Assembly: GCA_016650045.1 (NCBI GenBank)
Contig: JAENWK010000001.1
Location: forward strand, 17,094-81,093
From: Eubacteriaceae bacterium
GTDB taxonomy: Bacteria > Bacillota > Clostridia > Eubacteriales > Eubacteriaceae
Length of the DNA stretch: 64,000 bases
Direction of reading: 5' to 3'
The notes beneath the pieces are model-generated. The model was not told the origin of the DNA. It saw only the letters and a list, made by a program, of their open reading frames with translations, and did not search any database. A program made the translations under genes and the position numbers. Numbering within the stretch: position 1 is the first letter of the stretch; each line of letters starts with the position of its first letter. This document shows, in pieces, positions 8,975-17,376 of the stretch.

Positions 8975-9721
8975 ATGAAAAAAATTAAAAAAAGCGTTGC
9001 AATGGTTGGAATTTTAACCTTTCTCGTCATCATTGTGTCACAGCCGGTTAATGCCATGCACATTATGGAAGGATTTCTTCCCATTGGATGGGCGGTATTC
9101 TGGTGGGCCATGTCATTGCCCTTTGTGGCATTCGGACTTTATAAAGTAGGGAAAATATTTAAAGATAAGCCGGAACAAAAAGTGTTGCTGGCCATTGCAG
9201 CAGCATTCACTTTTGCATTATCGGCCTTTAAATTGCCGTCGGTCACAGGAAGTTCTTCTCATATGACCGGTATTGGTTTGGGTGCTATTATTCTAGGACC
9301 ATTTTCAACCGTGGTTATTGGAACGGTCGCGCTTTTATTCCAAGCCTTGTTACTGGCCCATGGGGGAATAACTACCCTAGGTGCTAATGTGTTTTCCATG
9401 GCCATTGTCGGTTCTTTTGTGGCCTACGGTGTTTACAAAGGATTATTAAAACTCAATTGTCCCAAACCGTTAACCATCTTTTTTGCCGCTTTTCTGGGAG
9501 ACCTCATGACCTATGTCACCACATCAGTTCAGTTGGCTCTGGCTTTTCCAGATCCCATTGGCGGGTTTGTGGCTTCCCTGGTAAAGTTTATGTTAATTTT
9601 TGCATGGACCCAGCTGCCGTTGGCTGTTGTTGAAGGAATCCTTACAGTGTTGGTTGTTAATGCGATTTACAAATATAATGAAAAGGGGTTGTTATCCAAT
9701 GAAACTTTCACTGATCACTAA
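8975..9721 (+). CDS. cbiM: ECF-type cobalt transporter substrate-capture component CbiM
   Basis: Signal-like leader followed by MHIMEGFLP, the metal-binding N-terminus motif of CbiM/NikM. Polytopic membrane protein. Confidence 0.9.
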   Translation: MKKIKKSVAMVGILTFLVIIVSQPVNAMHIMEGFLPIGWAVFWWAMSLPFVAFGLYKVGKIFKDKPEQKVLLAIAAAFTFALSAFKLPSVTGSSSHMTGIGLGAIILGPFSTVVIGTVALLFQALLLAHGGITTLGANVFSMAIVGSFVAYGVYKGLLKLNCPKPLTIFFAAFLGDLMTYVTTSVQLALAFPDPIGGFVASLVKFMLIFAWTQLPLAVVEGILTVLVVNAIYKYNEKGLLSNETFTDH

Positions 9722-9998
9722 AATTGTGCTTGTTCTTCTTGTCGCAGCCATAATTATTGTTCCTCCGGTAATTTTGCCTAATGCAACCTTTACCGGGGCG
9801 GATAATCAAGGAAGCAATGCGATTACCTCAATTGACCCAAACTATAAGCCCTGGTTTGAAAGTTTGTTTAACCCGGGCGATATGGAAAAAAATCTATTCC
9901 ATTTTCAGCAGGCATTGGGAATTGGCGGATTAATTGCATGTTTTGTATATTTAAATAAAAAATCAAAGAAACCTTCAAAAATTGATGAATCAAACTAA
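9699..9998 (+). CDS. cbiN: cobalt transport protein CbiN
   Basis: ATG 9699 overlaps the cbiM end. About 100 aa with two TM segments, in the position of cbiN. Confidence 0.75.
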   Translation: MKLSLITKIVLVLLVAAIIIVPPVILPNATFTGADNQGSNAITSIDPNYKPWFESLFNPGDMEKNLFHFQQALGIGGLIACFVYLNKKSKKPSKIDESN

Positions 9999-10026
9999 TC
10001 AAATACAGCCTTGAAAGGAGTATCTC

Positions 10027-10728
10027 ATGATTGATCGTTTTGCGCATTCCAATAGACTCAGCAATGCTAACCCTACTTTAAAGGTAGTGGTGTCCCTGGT
10101 TATGCTCCTTTCTGTTTTTTTTATTAATAAACCTCTGTACATGGCAGGAGTTTTTGGTGTGATGGTGTGCTGCACCATCTTCTGGGCAAAAATTCCGGCA
10201 AAGGTTTATCTTCATACCGTGATCTTCGACTCATTCTTTATTATCCCGGGAGCATTGGCATTACTTTTAACAATTTCCCAGGGAGAGGGGACTTATCTCT
10301 TTTCTTTTCAGTTGTTTAATTATACCGTTGGTATTACTCCAGAAAACATTGCCATTGCCAGCCTTGTCTTTTGCAGAGCCATGTCAGGAGTTTCCTGTAT
10401 GCTTTTTTTGATTTATACCACGCCTGTGATTCAAATCGCCGGTGTAATGAAAAAAGCGCATATCAGCAATACATTTTTAGAAATTTTCATTCTAACCTAT
10501 CGCTTTATTTTCGACTATTGGGATAAAATTAAGTTAATGGTGACGGCCCAGGAATTACGCTTTGGGTATCGTAACCTAAGAGGCAGCATTCAATCCATTG
10601 CAATGATATTAAGCAATCTTTTACTAATGGCGATGAAAAGCTATGAAGAAATGACCAGGACCCTGGAATTAAAGCAATATCAAGGGGATTTTCATGTAAG
10701 CTATAAGAAAGGTTATTCACATGATTAA
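10027..10728 (+). CDS. cbiQ: cobalt ECF transporter transmembrane (T) component CbiQ
   Basis: 233-aa polytopic protein lying between cbiN and the ATPase. ELRFGYR motif region is typical of EcfT/CbiQ. Confidence 0.8.
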   Translation: MIDRFAHSNRLSNANPTLKVVVSLVMLLSVFFINKPLYMAGVFGVMVCCTIFWAKIPAKVYLHTVIFDSFFIIPGALALLLTISQGEGTYLFSFQLFNYTVGITPENIAIASLVFCRAMSGVSCMLFLIYTTPVIQIAGVMKKAHISNTFLEIFILTYRFIFDYWDKIKLMVTAQELRFGYRNLRGSIQSIAMILSNLLLMAMKSYEEMTRTLELKQYQGDFHVSYKKGYSHD

Positions 10729-11563
10729 AACAGAAAAATTAACATATCAGTATCCCGACGGAACAAAGGCTCTGAAAGATGTTTCAGTGGACGGCAGCAA
10801 GGGAAATTGTATTGCCCTGATCGGTGAAAACGGTGCGGGAAAGTCGACCCTTATGGCCGCGTTAATCGGTCTGATTAAGCCCACAGAGGGTAAAGTCTTT
10901 TTTAAAGGAGAACCGCTATCCTATAAAAAGAAAGACTTATACGCATTTAGAAAAACCATTGGACTTGTGATCCAGGAGTCAGATAAACAGGTTTTTTATT
11001 CAGGAATATATGATGACATCGCCTTTGCCCTAAGAAATATAGGAATGGATGCGGATGAAATTGATAAACGGGTAAAAACAGCCATGGAAGTCACCGGAAT
11101 TACCGGGCTTGCTGAACGTCCCATCCATTATCTCAGCTATGGTCAGAAAAAAAGAGTGGCCATGGCCGGAGTTTTGGCCATGGAACCCGGGATTATGCTC
11201 ATGGATGAACCAACCCTGGGACTTGATCCCAAAAGCAAGGCGGGAGTGAAATCCATTATTCATGATGCCCTCGGAAATGGGATAAAAATCATTTTATCCA
11301 GTCACGATATGGATTTCATTTATGAATTTTGTGATTATACCTATGTGCTCCATCATGGAAAAGTGCTTTGTGAAGGGGCAACCACCCAGGTTTTTAAAAA
11401 TAAAGAAGCGCTGAAAACCGCAAGCCTGGAAGAAGCCACCATGACCCGTCTTGAGGAGTGCCTGGGAATTAAAGGCTATCGAAGCATGGCCGCTCTTGAA
11501 AACGCAGTGGAAAAGCAGCGAAAGGAGGTTCGGACAAATGAAATTAGTAGTAGTAGGAATTAA
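10721..11563 (+). CDS. cbiO: cobalt ECF transporter ATP-binding protein CbiO
   Basis: Walker A GENGAGKST, signature LSYGQKKRV, Walker B LMDEP. Confidence 0.9.
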   Translation: MIKTEKLTYQYPDGTKALKDVSVDGSKGNCIALIGENGAGKSTLMAALIGLIKPTEGKVFFKGEPLSYKKKDLYAFRKTIGLVIQESDKQVFYSGIYDDIAFALRNIGMDADEIDKRVKTAMEVTGITGLAERPIHYLSYGQKKRVAMAGVLAMEPGIMLMDEPTLGLDPKSKAGVKSIIHDALGNGIKIILSSHDMDFIYEFCDYTYVLHHGKVLCEGATTQVFKNKEALKTASLEEATMTRLEECLGIKGYRSMAALENAVEKQRKEVRTNEISSSRN

Positions 11564-12830
11564 TCATCAGAATACCCCACTTGTCATTCGGGAAAAGGGG
11601 GCATTTCTTAATCGAGCGCTTAATGAAGGCATCCGAGCCCTTTTAAAGGAAGATGCCATTGCAGAAGTTATTATTCTATCCACGTGTAATCGAAGTGAGA
11701 TTTACGTTTCGACCCGAAATGAAAATGCCGCCGGGGAAATTTTAACCCAATTTTATCTTAATAAAAAATCTGAAGCATTAGCCCCCTATCTTTTTGTAAA
11801 AAAGGGCAGAGCGGCGTTAGTCCATTTGTACGAAGTCGTCACCGGACTGGATTCCATGATTTTAGGAGAAGATCAAATTTTAGGCCAGGTGAAGGATGCT
11901 CTGGAAAAATCCCAGGCCATTAAGGGCTGCGGAAAATATCTGACAAAAATGTTTCGGGAAGCTATTACCTTTACGAAAAAGGTGAAAACCCAATATAAAA
12001 TTTCAGAGACACCGCTTTCTCTAAGTTCTACAGCGGTTAAACATATTAAACGACAATACCCACAAGACTACGGGAACAAAAAAATACTGATCATCGGGTC
12101 AGGGAAAATGGGAATATTGGCACTAAGGTACATGAAGGCCGAGGGCTTTCAAAACCCCTATATGACCAACCGAACCTTTCATAACATGGACGAATGTGAA
12201 GCCATTCATGAAAATGTCCAAATGGTTCACTATGAAAAGCGCTATGACATCATTCCGGAAATGGATGTGATTATTACCGCAACCGCTTCCCCTCATGTGA
12301 TATTAAAGGTTGAGGCGATGCCCAAACGAATCAAACCCCTAACGATTATCGATTTGGCTTTGCCCCGGGATGTGGAAGAAGCCATGGGAACCATGGACGG
12401 AATCGAACTATTGACCATTGATCATTTTAAGGAAATGATGGATGAAACCATGGTCTATCGTCAGAAAATTGCAAAGAAAATTGCCATTGAAATAGAAGCT
12501 GAAATTGATGGATTGCTTTTATGGATTACCCATGCCAAGGTGGATAACATGGTTGGCGATCTAAATCAAACCTCCCGGAAGTTGGCCGATGAAACCATTA
12601 CAACGCTGTGCGAACATTTAGAACTTACCAAAAAACAAGAAGATTATCTTTCAAAGATCGTAAGGTCAAAATTCAGAGAAATGGTCATGTCGCCCATTAA
12701 GCAGTTAAAATCGTTAAACAGCGAAGAAGAAATTTTAGGCATCGAAAAAACAGTGACCTATCTTTTCTCGGAGAAACCCCAAAAAGCACTTTCAGGAGAT
12801 GAAAAAGATGATGACACCGCTGTTGTTTAA
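11538..12830 (+). CDS. hemA: glutamyl-tRNA reductase
   Basis: ATG 11538 follows AAAGGAGG. MKLVVVGINHQNTPLVIREK and STCNRSEIY (catalytic Cys) motifs. Overlaps cbiO by 26 nt. Confidence 0.9.
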   Translation: MKLVVVGINHQNTPLVIREKGAFLNRALNEGIRALLKEDAIAEVIILSTCNRSEIYVSTRNENAAGEILTQFYLNKKSEALAPYLFVKKGRAALVHLYEVVTGLDSMILGEDQILGQVKDALEKSQAIKGCGKYLTKMFREAITFTKKVKTQYKISETPLSLSSTAVKHIKRQYPQDYGNKKILIIGSGKMGILALRYMKAEGFQNPYMTNRTFHNMDECEAIHENVQMVHYEKRYDIIPEMDVIITATASPHVILKVEAMPKRIKPLTIIDLALPRDVEEAMGTMDGIELLTIDHFKEMMDETMVYRQKIAKKIAIEIEAEIDGLLLWITHAKVDNMVGDLNQTSRKLADETITTLCEHLELTKKQEDYLSKIVRSKFREMVMSPIKQLKSLNSEEEILGIEKTVTYLFSEKPQKALSGDEKDDDTAVV

Positions 12831-13383
12831 CCTGAAAAATAAAAAGGTTCTGGTGGTAGGCGGTGGCAAGGTTGCCACCCGAAGGATTGCAACCCTTTTT
12901 GAAAATGGCGCCAGGATTATCTGTGTAAGCCTTGATTTTTCCCATTACCTCAAAAAAACACAGGATGAAGGCTTAACATTGATAGAAGGTTCCTATGATC
13001 GCAATCAGCTGGAAAATATTGATTTAGTGGTGGCGGCAACCAATAGTGAAGCAATGAATGCCCAGATCAAAAATGATTGCAAATTATTGGGAATTTGGTG
13101 TAATCGGGTGGATAGTCCTGAGGAATCGGATTTCATTTTCCCCAGTGTGATCAGGCGAGGGGATTTAACCCTGTCGGTATGTACCGAAGGGGCCAGTCCT
13201 TCTTTAACCAAAGCCATTGTCGAAGATTTATCCCTTCACTATGACGAAAGCTATATTGAAAGGACCGCACTTTTGCGGGAATGTCGAAAAAGAATTTTAG
13301 AAAAAAAGGTTGATCCCCAAATGCTTAAAGACCTGGTCAACTACTCAAATGAAGCACTGAAAGAACAACTCAAAAAATATTAG
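12808..13383 (+). CDS. sirC: precorrin-2 dehydrogenase / sirohydrochlorin ferrochelatase-type protein (CysG N-domain, SirC)
   Basis: Rossmann motif VLVVGGGKVATRR. About 190 aa. ATG 12808 is better spaced from GGAG than 12799. Overlaps the hemA end. Confidence 0.75.
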   Translation: MMTPLLFNLKNKKVLVVGGGKVATRRIATLFENGARIICVSLDFSHYLKKTQDEGLTLIEGSYDRNQLENIDLVVAATNSEAMNAQIKNDCKLLGIWCNRVDSPEESDFIFPSVIRRGDLTLSVCTEGASPSLTKAIVEDLSLHYDESYIERTALLRECRKRILEKKVDPQMLKDLVNYSNEALKEQLKKY

Positions 13384-13432
13384 ATCTCATTTTATGGGAT
13401 AATATGATAATAGATGAATTGGAGAAAATTTT

Positions 13433-15850
13433 ATGAATATAAAAGTTGGAACCCGGGGCAGCACCCTGGCAAGGGTTCAGAGCCAATGGCTGATTAATGT
13501 TTTGGCAAAGGCGCATCCCCAGATCAATTTTGAAATGGTTATTATTACAACCAAAGGGGATTCGATCCAGAATAAACCGTTAGATAAAATCGGCGACAAG
13601 GGTCTGTTTACAAAGGAATTGGAAGATGCCCTGTTATCCGGAGAGATTCATATGGCCATTCACAGCATGAAGGACATGCCTTCAAAGCTTCCGAAAGGTT
13701 TAATACTGACCGTACCACCAATCAGAGAAGATCCCCGGGATGTGTTACTCACCACTCATAACATTGATTCTCTGGAAGACCTGCCAAAGGGAGCCGTTGT
13801 GGCTACCGGAAGCAAGCGACGGATTTATCAGCTAAAACAACTGCGACCTGACATTGAAGTGGTCGGGATTCGTGGGAATATTGATACCCGCATTCGCAAA
13901 ATGCTGGAACAGAACCTGGATGGTATTGTTCTTGCCGCTGCGGGACTTAAGCGTATTGGCCGCTTTGAGGATAGAGACTACCATACCATTGCATTATCTG
14001 AGACGTGTTTTATTCCTGCACCTGCCCAGGGAATCCTGGCAGTGGAAATAAGGGAAGATAATGAAATGGTTAAAGAGCTGATGTCAGTCATTAGTGATGA
14101 GAATACCCGGATTCAAATGAAGGGGGAACGAAGCTTCCTCAAAGCTCTTAATGGAAGCTGTCATATTCCCATCGGAGCCTATTGTGAAATTAAGGGTGAA
14201 ACTGTTAAACTATATGGACTTTATGGCCAGGAAGACGGGAGTACGGTGGTGAAACAATCAATTGAAGGAAAAATTGAAGAAATCGACGCTTTGGGTCAGC
14301 AATTAGCAAAGAGTTGTTACGAGGCAGTCCATCCAAAACCGGGTAAGGTTTATTTGGCTGGCGGCGGTTGTGGAGATCCCGGACTGCTAACTGTAAAAGC
14401 ACTGGGTGTTTTAAAAAAAGCGGATGTTCTGGTTTATGATGCTTTGGTGAATGAAAGCTTTCTAAATGAAGCAAAAGAAAACGCTGAAATCATCTATGTT
14501 GGAAAACGCGCCGGAAACCATGCCATGCCCCAGGAAGAAATCAATGCTTTGCTGGTCAGAAAAGGCCGGGAAGGAAAAACCGTTATTCGATTAAAAGGCG
14601 GAGATCCCTACGTCTTTGGACGAGGCGGCGAAGAAGGGGAAGAACTGTATGATGCAGGAGTTCCCTTTGAAGTGATTCCCGGCATTACCTCGGTCATTGG
14701 CGGCCTGGCCTATGCAGGCATTCCCATAACCCACCGTGATTGTGTATCCTCATTTCATGTCATTACCGGTCATTTAAAATCCAACGCCTATGATGGCTCT
14801 TCAGATTTGGATTGGTCAGTGCTTGGAAAACTCACCGGCACCATTGTCTTTTTAATGGGAGTAAAAAACCTGGAGAAAATTTGTGATGAGCTGGTAAAAA
14901 ATGGCATGAATGCACAGATGCCGGTGGCGGTTGTCCATCGGGCATCAACCCCCTATCAACGGGTCGTGGTTGGCAATTTGGAAACCATTTATGACATTGC
15001 AACCCAGGCAAAAATTACCGCACCCAGCCTTATTGTGGTAGGGGAAGTTGTGAATAAACGACAAAAGCTCCGGTTCTTTGATGAAAAGCCATTGTTTGGC
15101 AAAACCATTATCGTCACCAGGTCTCGGGAGCAAAGCTCGCAAATGTCAGAAAAGATTGTGGAACTTGGCGGCAATCCCATTGAATACCCCACCATTAAAA
15201 TTGTTCCCATTAACGAAGCTGCCTGTGACGACAAGGTTATGATGCTTGAAAAATACACCCATATTATTTTCACCAGTATCAATGGCGTGGAAATCTTCTT
15301 TGATTCCCTCAAACGCTGCGGCAAAGATGCCCGGGCCTTTGGTAAGCTACATATTACCGCCATCGGTGAAGGAACAAAGAATGCTTTATTAAAACGGGGA
15401 CTGGTCGCAGATTTTGTTCCGGAAAAATATATCGGAGAAGAACTGGTTAATGGTTTATCCCCACTGCTCACAAAGGATTCACGGGTTCTGGTTCCCCGAT
15501 CTAAAAATGCCCGGGTTTATGTGGTTGAAAAGTTATCATTGATTTGTCCTGTGGATGAGGTTCAAACCTATGAAACCGTGAGAGAAGATCACGCCACTGT
15601 CAATCCCCTGGAAATGTTGAAAAGTAATAAAATTGACTATATTACTTTTACCAGTTCCACCACCGTTGAGTTCTTTGTACAAAAAATTGGTGCCGAACAT
15701 TTAGCTGACATTAACACCGCCAAATGTATTTCCATTGGCCCCCAAACCTCAAAAAAATGCCTTGAATTAGGCATCAATGTGGACATTAAAGCTGAAGAAT
15801 ATACCATTCAGGGAATGCTGGATGCCATCCTAAAGGATGCAGAAAAGTAG
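13433..15850 (+). CDS. hemC-cobA-hemD: trifunctional fusion: porphobilinogen deaminase (aa 1-300) + uroporphyrinogen-III C-methyltransferase (aa 304-543) + uroporphyrinogen-III synthase (aa 553-805)
   Basis: Single 805-aa ORF. HemC motifs VGTRGSTLA and GSCHIPIGAY. SUMT motifs GKVYLAGGGCGDPGLLTVKA and LKGGDPYVFGRGGEE. HemD-like C-terminus GKTIIVTRSREQ. Confidence 0.85.
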   Translation: MNIKVGTRGSTLARVQSQWLINVLAKAHPQINFEMVIITTKGDSIQNKPLDKIGDKGLFTKELEDALLSGEIHMAIHSMKDMPSKLPKGLILTVPPIREDPRDVLLTTHNIDSLEDLPKGAVVATGSKRRIYQLKQLRPDIEVVGIRGNIDTRIRKMLEQNLDGIVLAAAGLKRIGRFEDRDYHTIALSETCFIPAPAQGILAVEIREDNEMVKELMSVISDENTRIQMKGERSFLKALNGSCHIPIGAYCEIKGETVKLYGLYGQEDGSTVVKQSIEGKIEEIDALGQQLAKSCYEAVHPKPGKVYLAGGGCGDPGLLTVKALGVLKKADVLVYDALVNESFLNEAKENAEIIYVGKRAGNHAMPQEEINALLVRKGREGKTVIRLKGGDPYVFGRGGEEGEELYDAGVPFEVIPGITSVIGGLAYAGIPITHRDCVSSFHVITGHLKSNAYDGSSDLDWSVLGKLTGTIVFLMGVKNLEKICDELVKNGMNAQMPVAVVHRASTPYQRVVVGNLETIYDIATQAKITAPSLIVVGEVVNKRQKLRFFDEKPLFGKTIIVTRSREQSSQMSEKIVELGGNPIEYPTIKIVPINEAACDDKVMMLEKYTHIIFTSINGVEIFFDSLKRCGKDARAFGKLHITAIGEGTKNALLKRGLVADFVPEKYIGEELVNGLSPLLTKDSRVLVPRSKNARVYVVEKLSLICPVDEVQTYETVREDHATVNPLEMLKSNKIDYITFTSSTTVEFFVQKIGAEHLADINTAKCISIGPQTSKKCLELGINVDIKAEEYTIQGMLDAILKDAEK

Positions 15851-15886
15851 ACGCAATTATGAAATGTATAAATACAAACAAATTTT

Positions 15887-16024
15887 GCTTTGATGTCAGT
15901 TTTCATAAACGATTTTGTAACGTATAGGCGAACAGTTCGAAGAACTGTCCGACGTATAGTGGAAAAATTGTTTCATGAAAACAGATAGCGAAGCTCACAG
16001 CACTTTCGCAATTACCTAAATAAA
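15887..16024 (-). repeat. palindromic intergenic repeat, copy B (compact form)
   Basis: Its reverse complement aligns with 8147-8372 apart from the ~90-nt insertion in copy A. 65-nt identical core. Terminal inverted repeats gctttgatgtcagttttcat / atgaaaacagatagcgaagc. Confidence 0.85.
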
Positions 16025-16046
16025 GTTAATTAAGGAGGACAGCAAC

Positions 16047-17012
16047 ATGTTACCAACACGACTTAGAAAAAACGCCGCCATTCGGAATTTAGTAAGAGAA
16101 ACCCAGCTTTCCATGAACGATGTGGTTTATCCCTTATTTATTGTGGATGGACAGAATATTCGACGAGAAATCAGCTCCATGAAAGATCAGTATCATTTGT
16201 CGTTGGATAGGCTGGAAGCTGAAACATTGGCTCTTAAAGAATTGGGAATTCGCTATGTGATACTTTTTGGGGTTCCAGATGAAAAAGACAGCGATGCAAC
16301 ACCGGCCTTTGTAGAAAACGGACTGGTCCAGAAAGCCATTCGCGTCATTAAAAAGACGGATCCGGATATGTATGTTATTACCGATGTCTGTTTATGTGAA
16401 TTTAAAAGTGACGGTCATTGTTGCTTTTTCGAAGAAAATGGGGACATTCAAAGAGAAAAAACATTAAAAACTCTGAGTAGAACTGCTTTAAGTCATGCTC
16501 AGGCCGGTGCGGATATGGTGGCACCATCGGATATGATGGATGGCCGTATTGGTCATATGCGAGACACCTTGAATCAGGCAGGTTATGAATCCATTCCTAT
16601 AATGGCTTACTCAGCCAAGTTTGCATCAAGTTTCTATGGCCCATTTCGTGATGCCGCCAACTCAGCTCCAGCTTTTGGAGATCGCAGAAGCTATCAAATG
16701 GATCCTGCCAATGGCAGAGAAGCCTTAAAGGAAATGGTGTTGGATATTGATGAAGGTGCCGACATTGTCATGGTGAAGCCAGCCATGCCTTACCTTGATC
16801 TTATTGCCCAGGGCAAGGACCTTTCCTATTTACCTATGGCAGCCTATCAGGTCAGTGGCGAATATGCCATGATTAAAAACGCTGTGGATGCCAATCTTAT
16901 GGATCAACGGGTCATTTTTGAAAGTCTCATCAGCATCAAACGCGCTGGGGCTGACATTATCATTACCTACTTTGCCAAAGAACTGCAGGCCATGCTAAAA
17001 GATTATCAGTGA
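16047..17012 (+). CDS. hemB: porphobilinogen synthase (ALA dehydratase), zinc-type
   Basis: 321 aa. Cys-rich metal site DVCLCEFKSDGHCC. Active-site region VKPAMPYLD. Confidence 0.9.
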   Translation: MLPTRLRKNAAIRNLVRETQLSMNDVVYPLFIVDGQNIRREISSMKDQYHLSLDRLEAETLALKELGIRYVILFGVPDEKDSDATPAFVENGLVQKAIRVIKKTDPDMYVITDVCLCEFKSDGHCCFFEENGDIQREKTLKTLSRTALSHAQAGADMVAPSDMMDGRIGHMRDTLNQAGYESIPIMAYSAKFASSFYGPFRDAANSAPAFGDRRSYQMDPANGREALKEMVLDIDEGADIVMVKPAMPYLDLIAQGKDLSYLPMAAYQVSGEYAMIKNAVDANLMDQRVIFESLISIKRAGADIIITYFAKELQAMLKDYQ

Positions 17013-17150
17013 CGCTTTTACCCAAATTTTTTTTAAATTTGGTAGGTCACTAAGCGTGAGCGTGTGACCGGTATAAAAGCTAACGTAATTTTGGGCTGAA
17101 TTCATCCTAAAAAAAATCAAGAATTCAGACGAAAAATATGATCATTCGGC

Positions 17151-17331
17151 AGAGTGCTTTATTAATTGCTCAATCTCTGGTCAGACTAGTACAGAATGTC
17201 CGATTGAGGTCTGCATTTTTATTCGGGTAGCACGGTCTTTTTGTTCGAGGTGTAAACTGCTCCCGCACAGCGGGGATGGTTCAGTCTTAACTGTCTGACA
17301 CAGCAGCTTTCGCTAATTAATAAAGCGCTCT
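17151..17331. repeat. structured intergenic element with 19-20 nt terminal inverted repeats (MITE-like or ncRNA candidate)
   Basis: agagtgctttattaattgc (17151-17169) pairs with gctaattaataaagcgctct (17312-17331). Second tier gtcagac (17180) / gtctgac (17293). The right end resembles the flank of repeat B (cacagca.ctttcgc.aatta..ataaag). Confidence 0.55.
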
Positions 17332-17376
17332 TTCAAACAGTAGCGCTAAATGTCAATTAAAAAATGGGAGAAACTT

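Noticed and set aside
17255-17283. Sequence resembling a type I CRISPR repeat (ctgctcccgcacagcggggatgg)
   Set aside because: It is a single copy, with no spacer-repeat periodicity and no cas genes in the window. It is more simply an internal hairpin of the structured element at 17151-17331.
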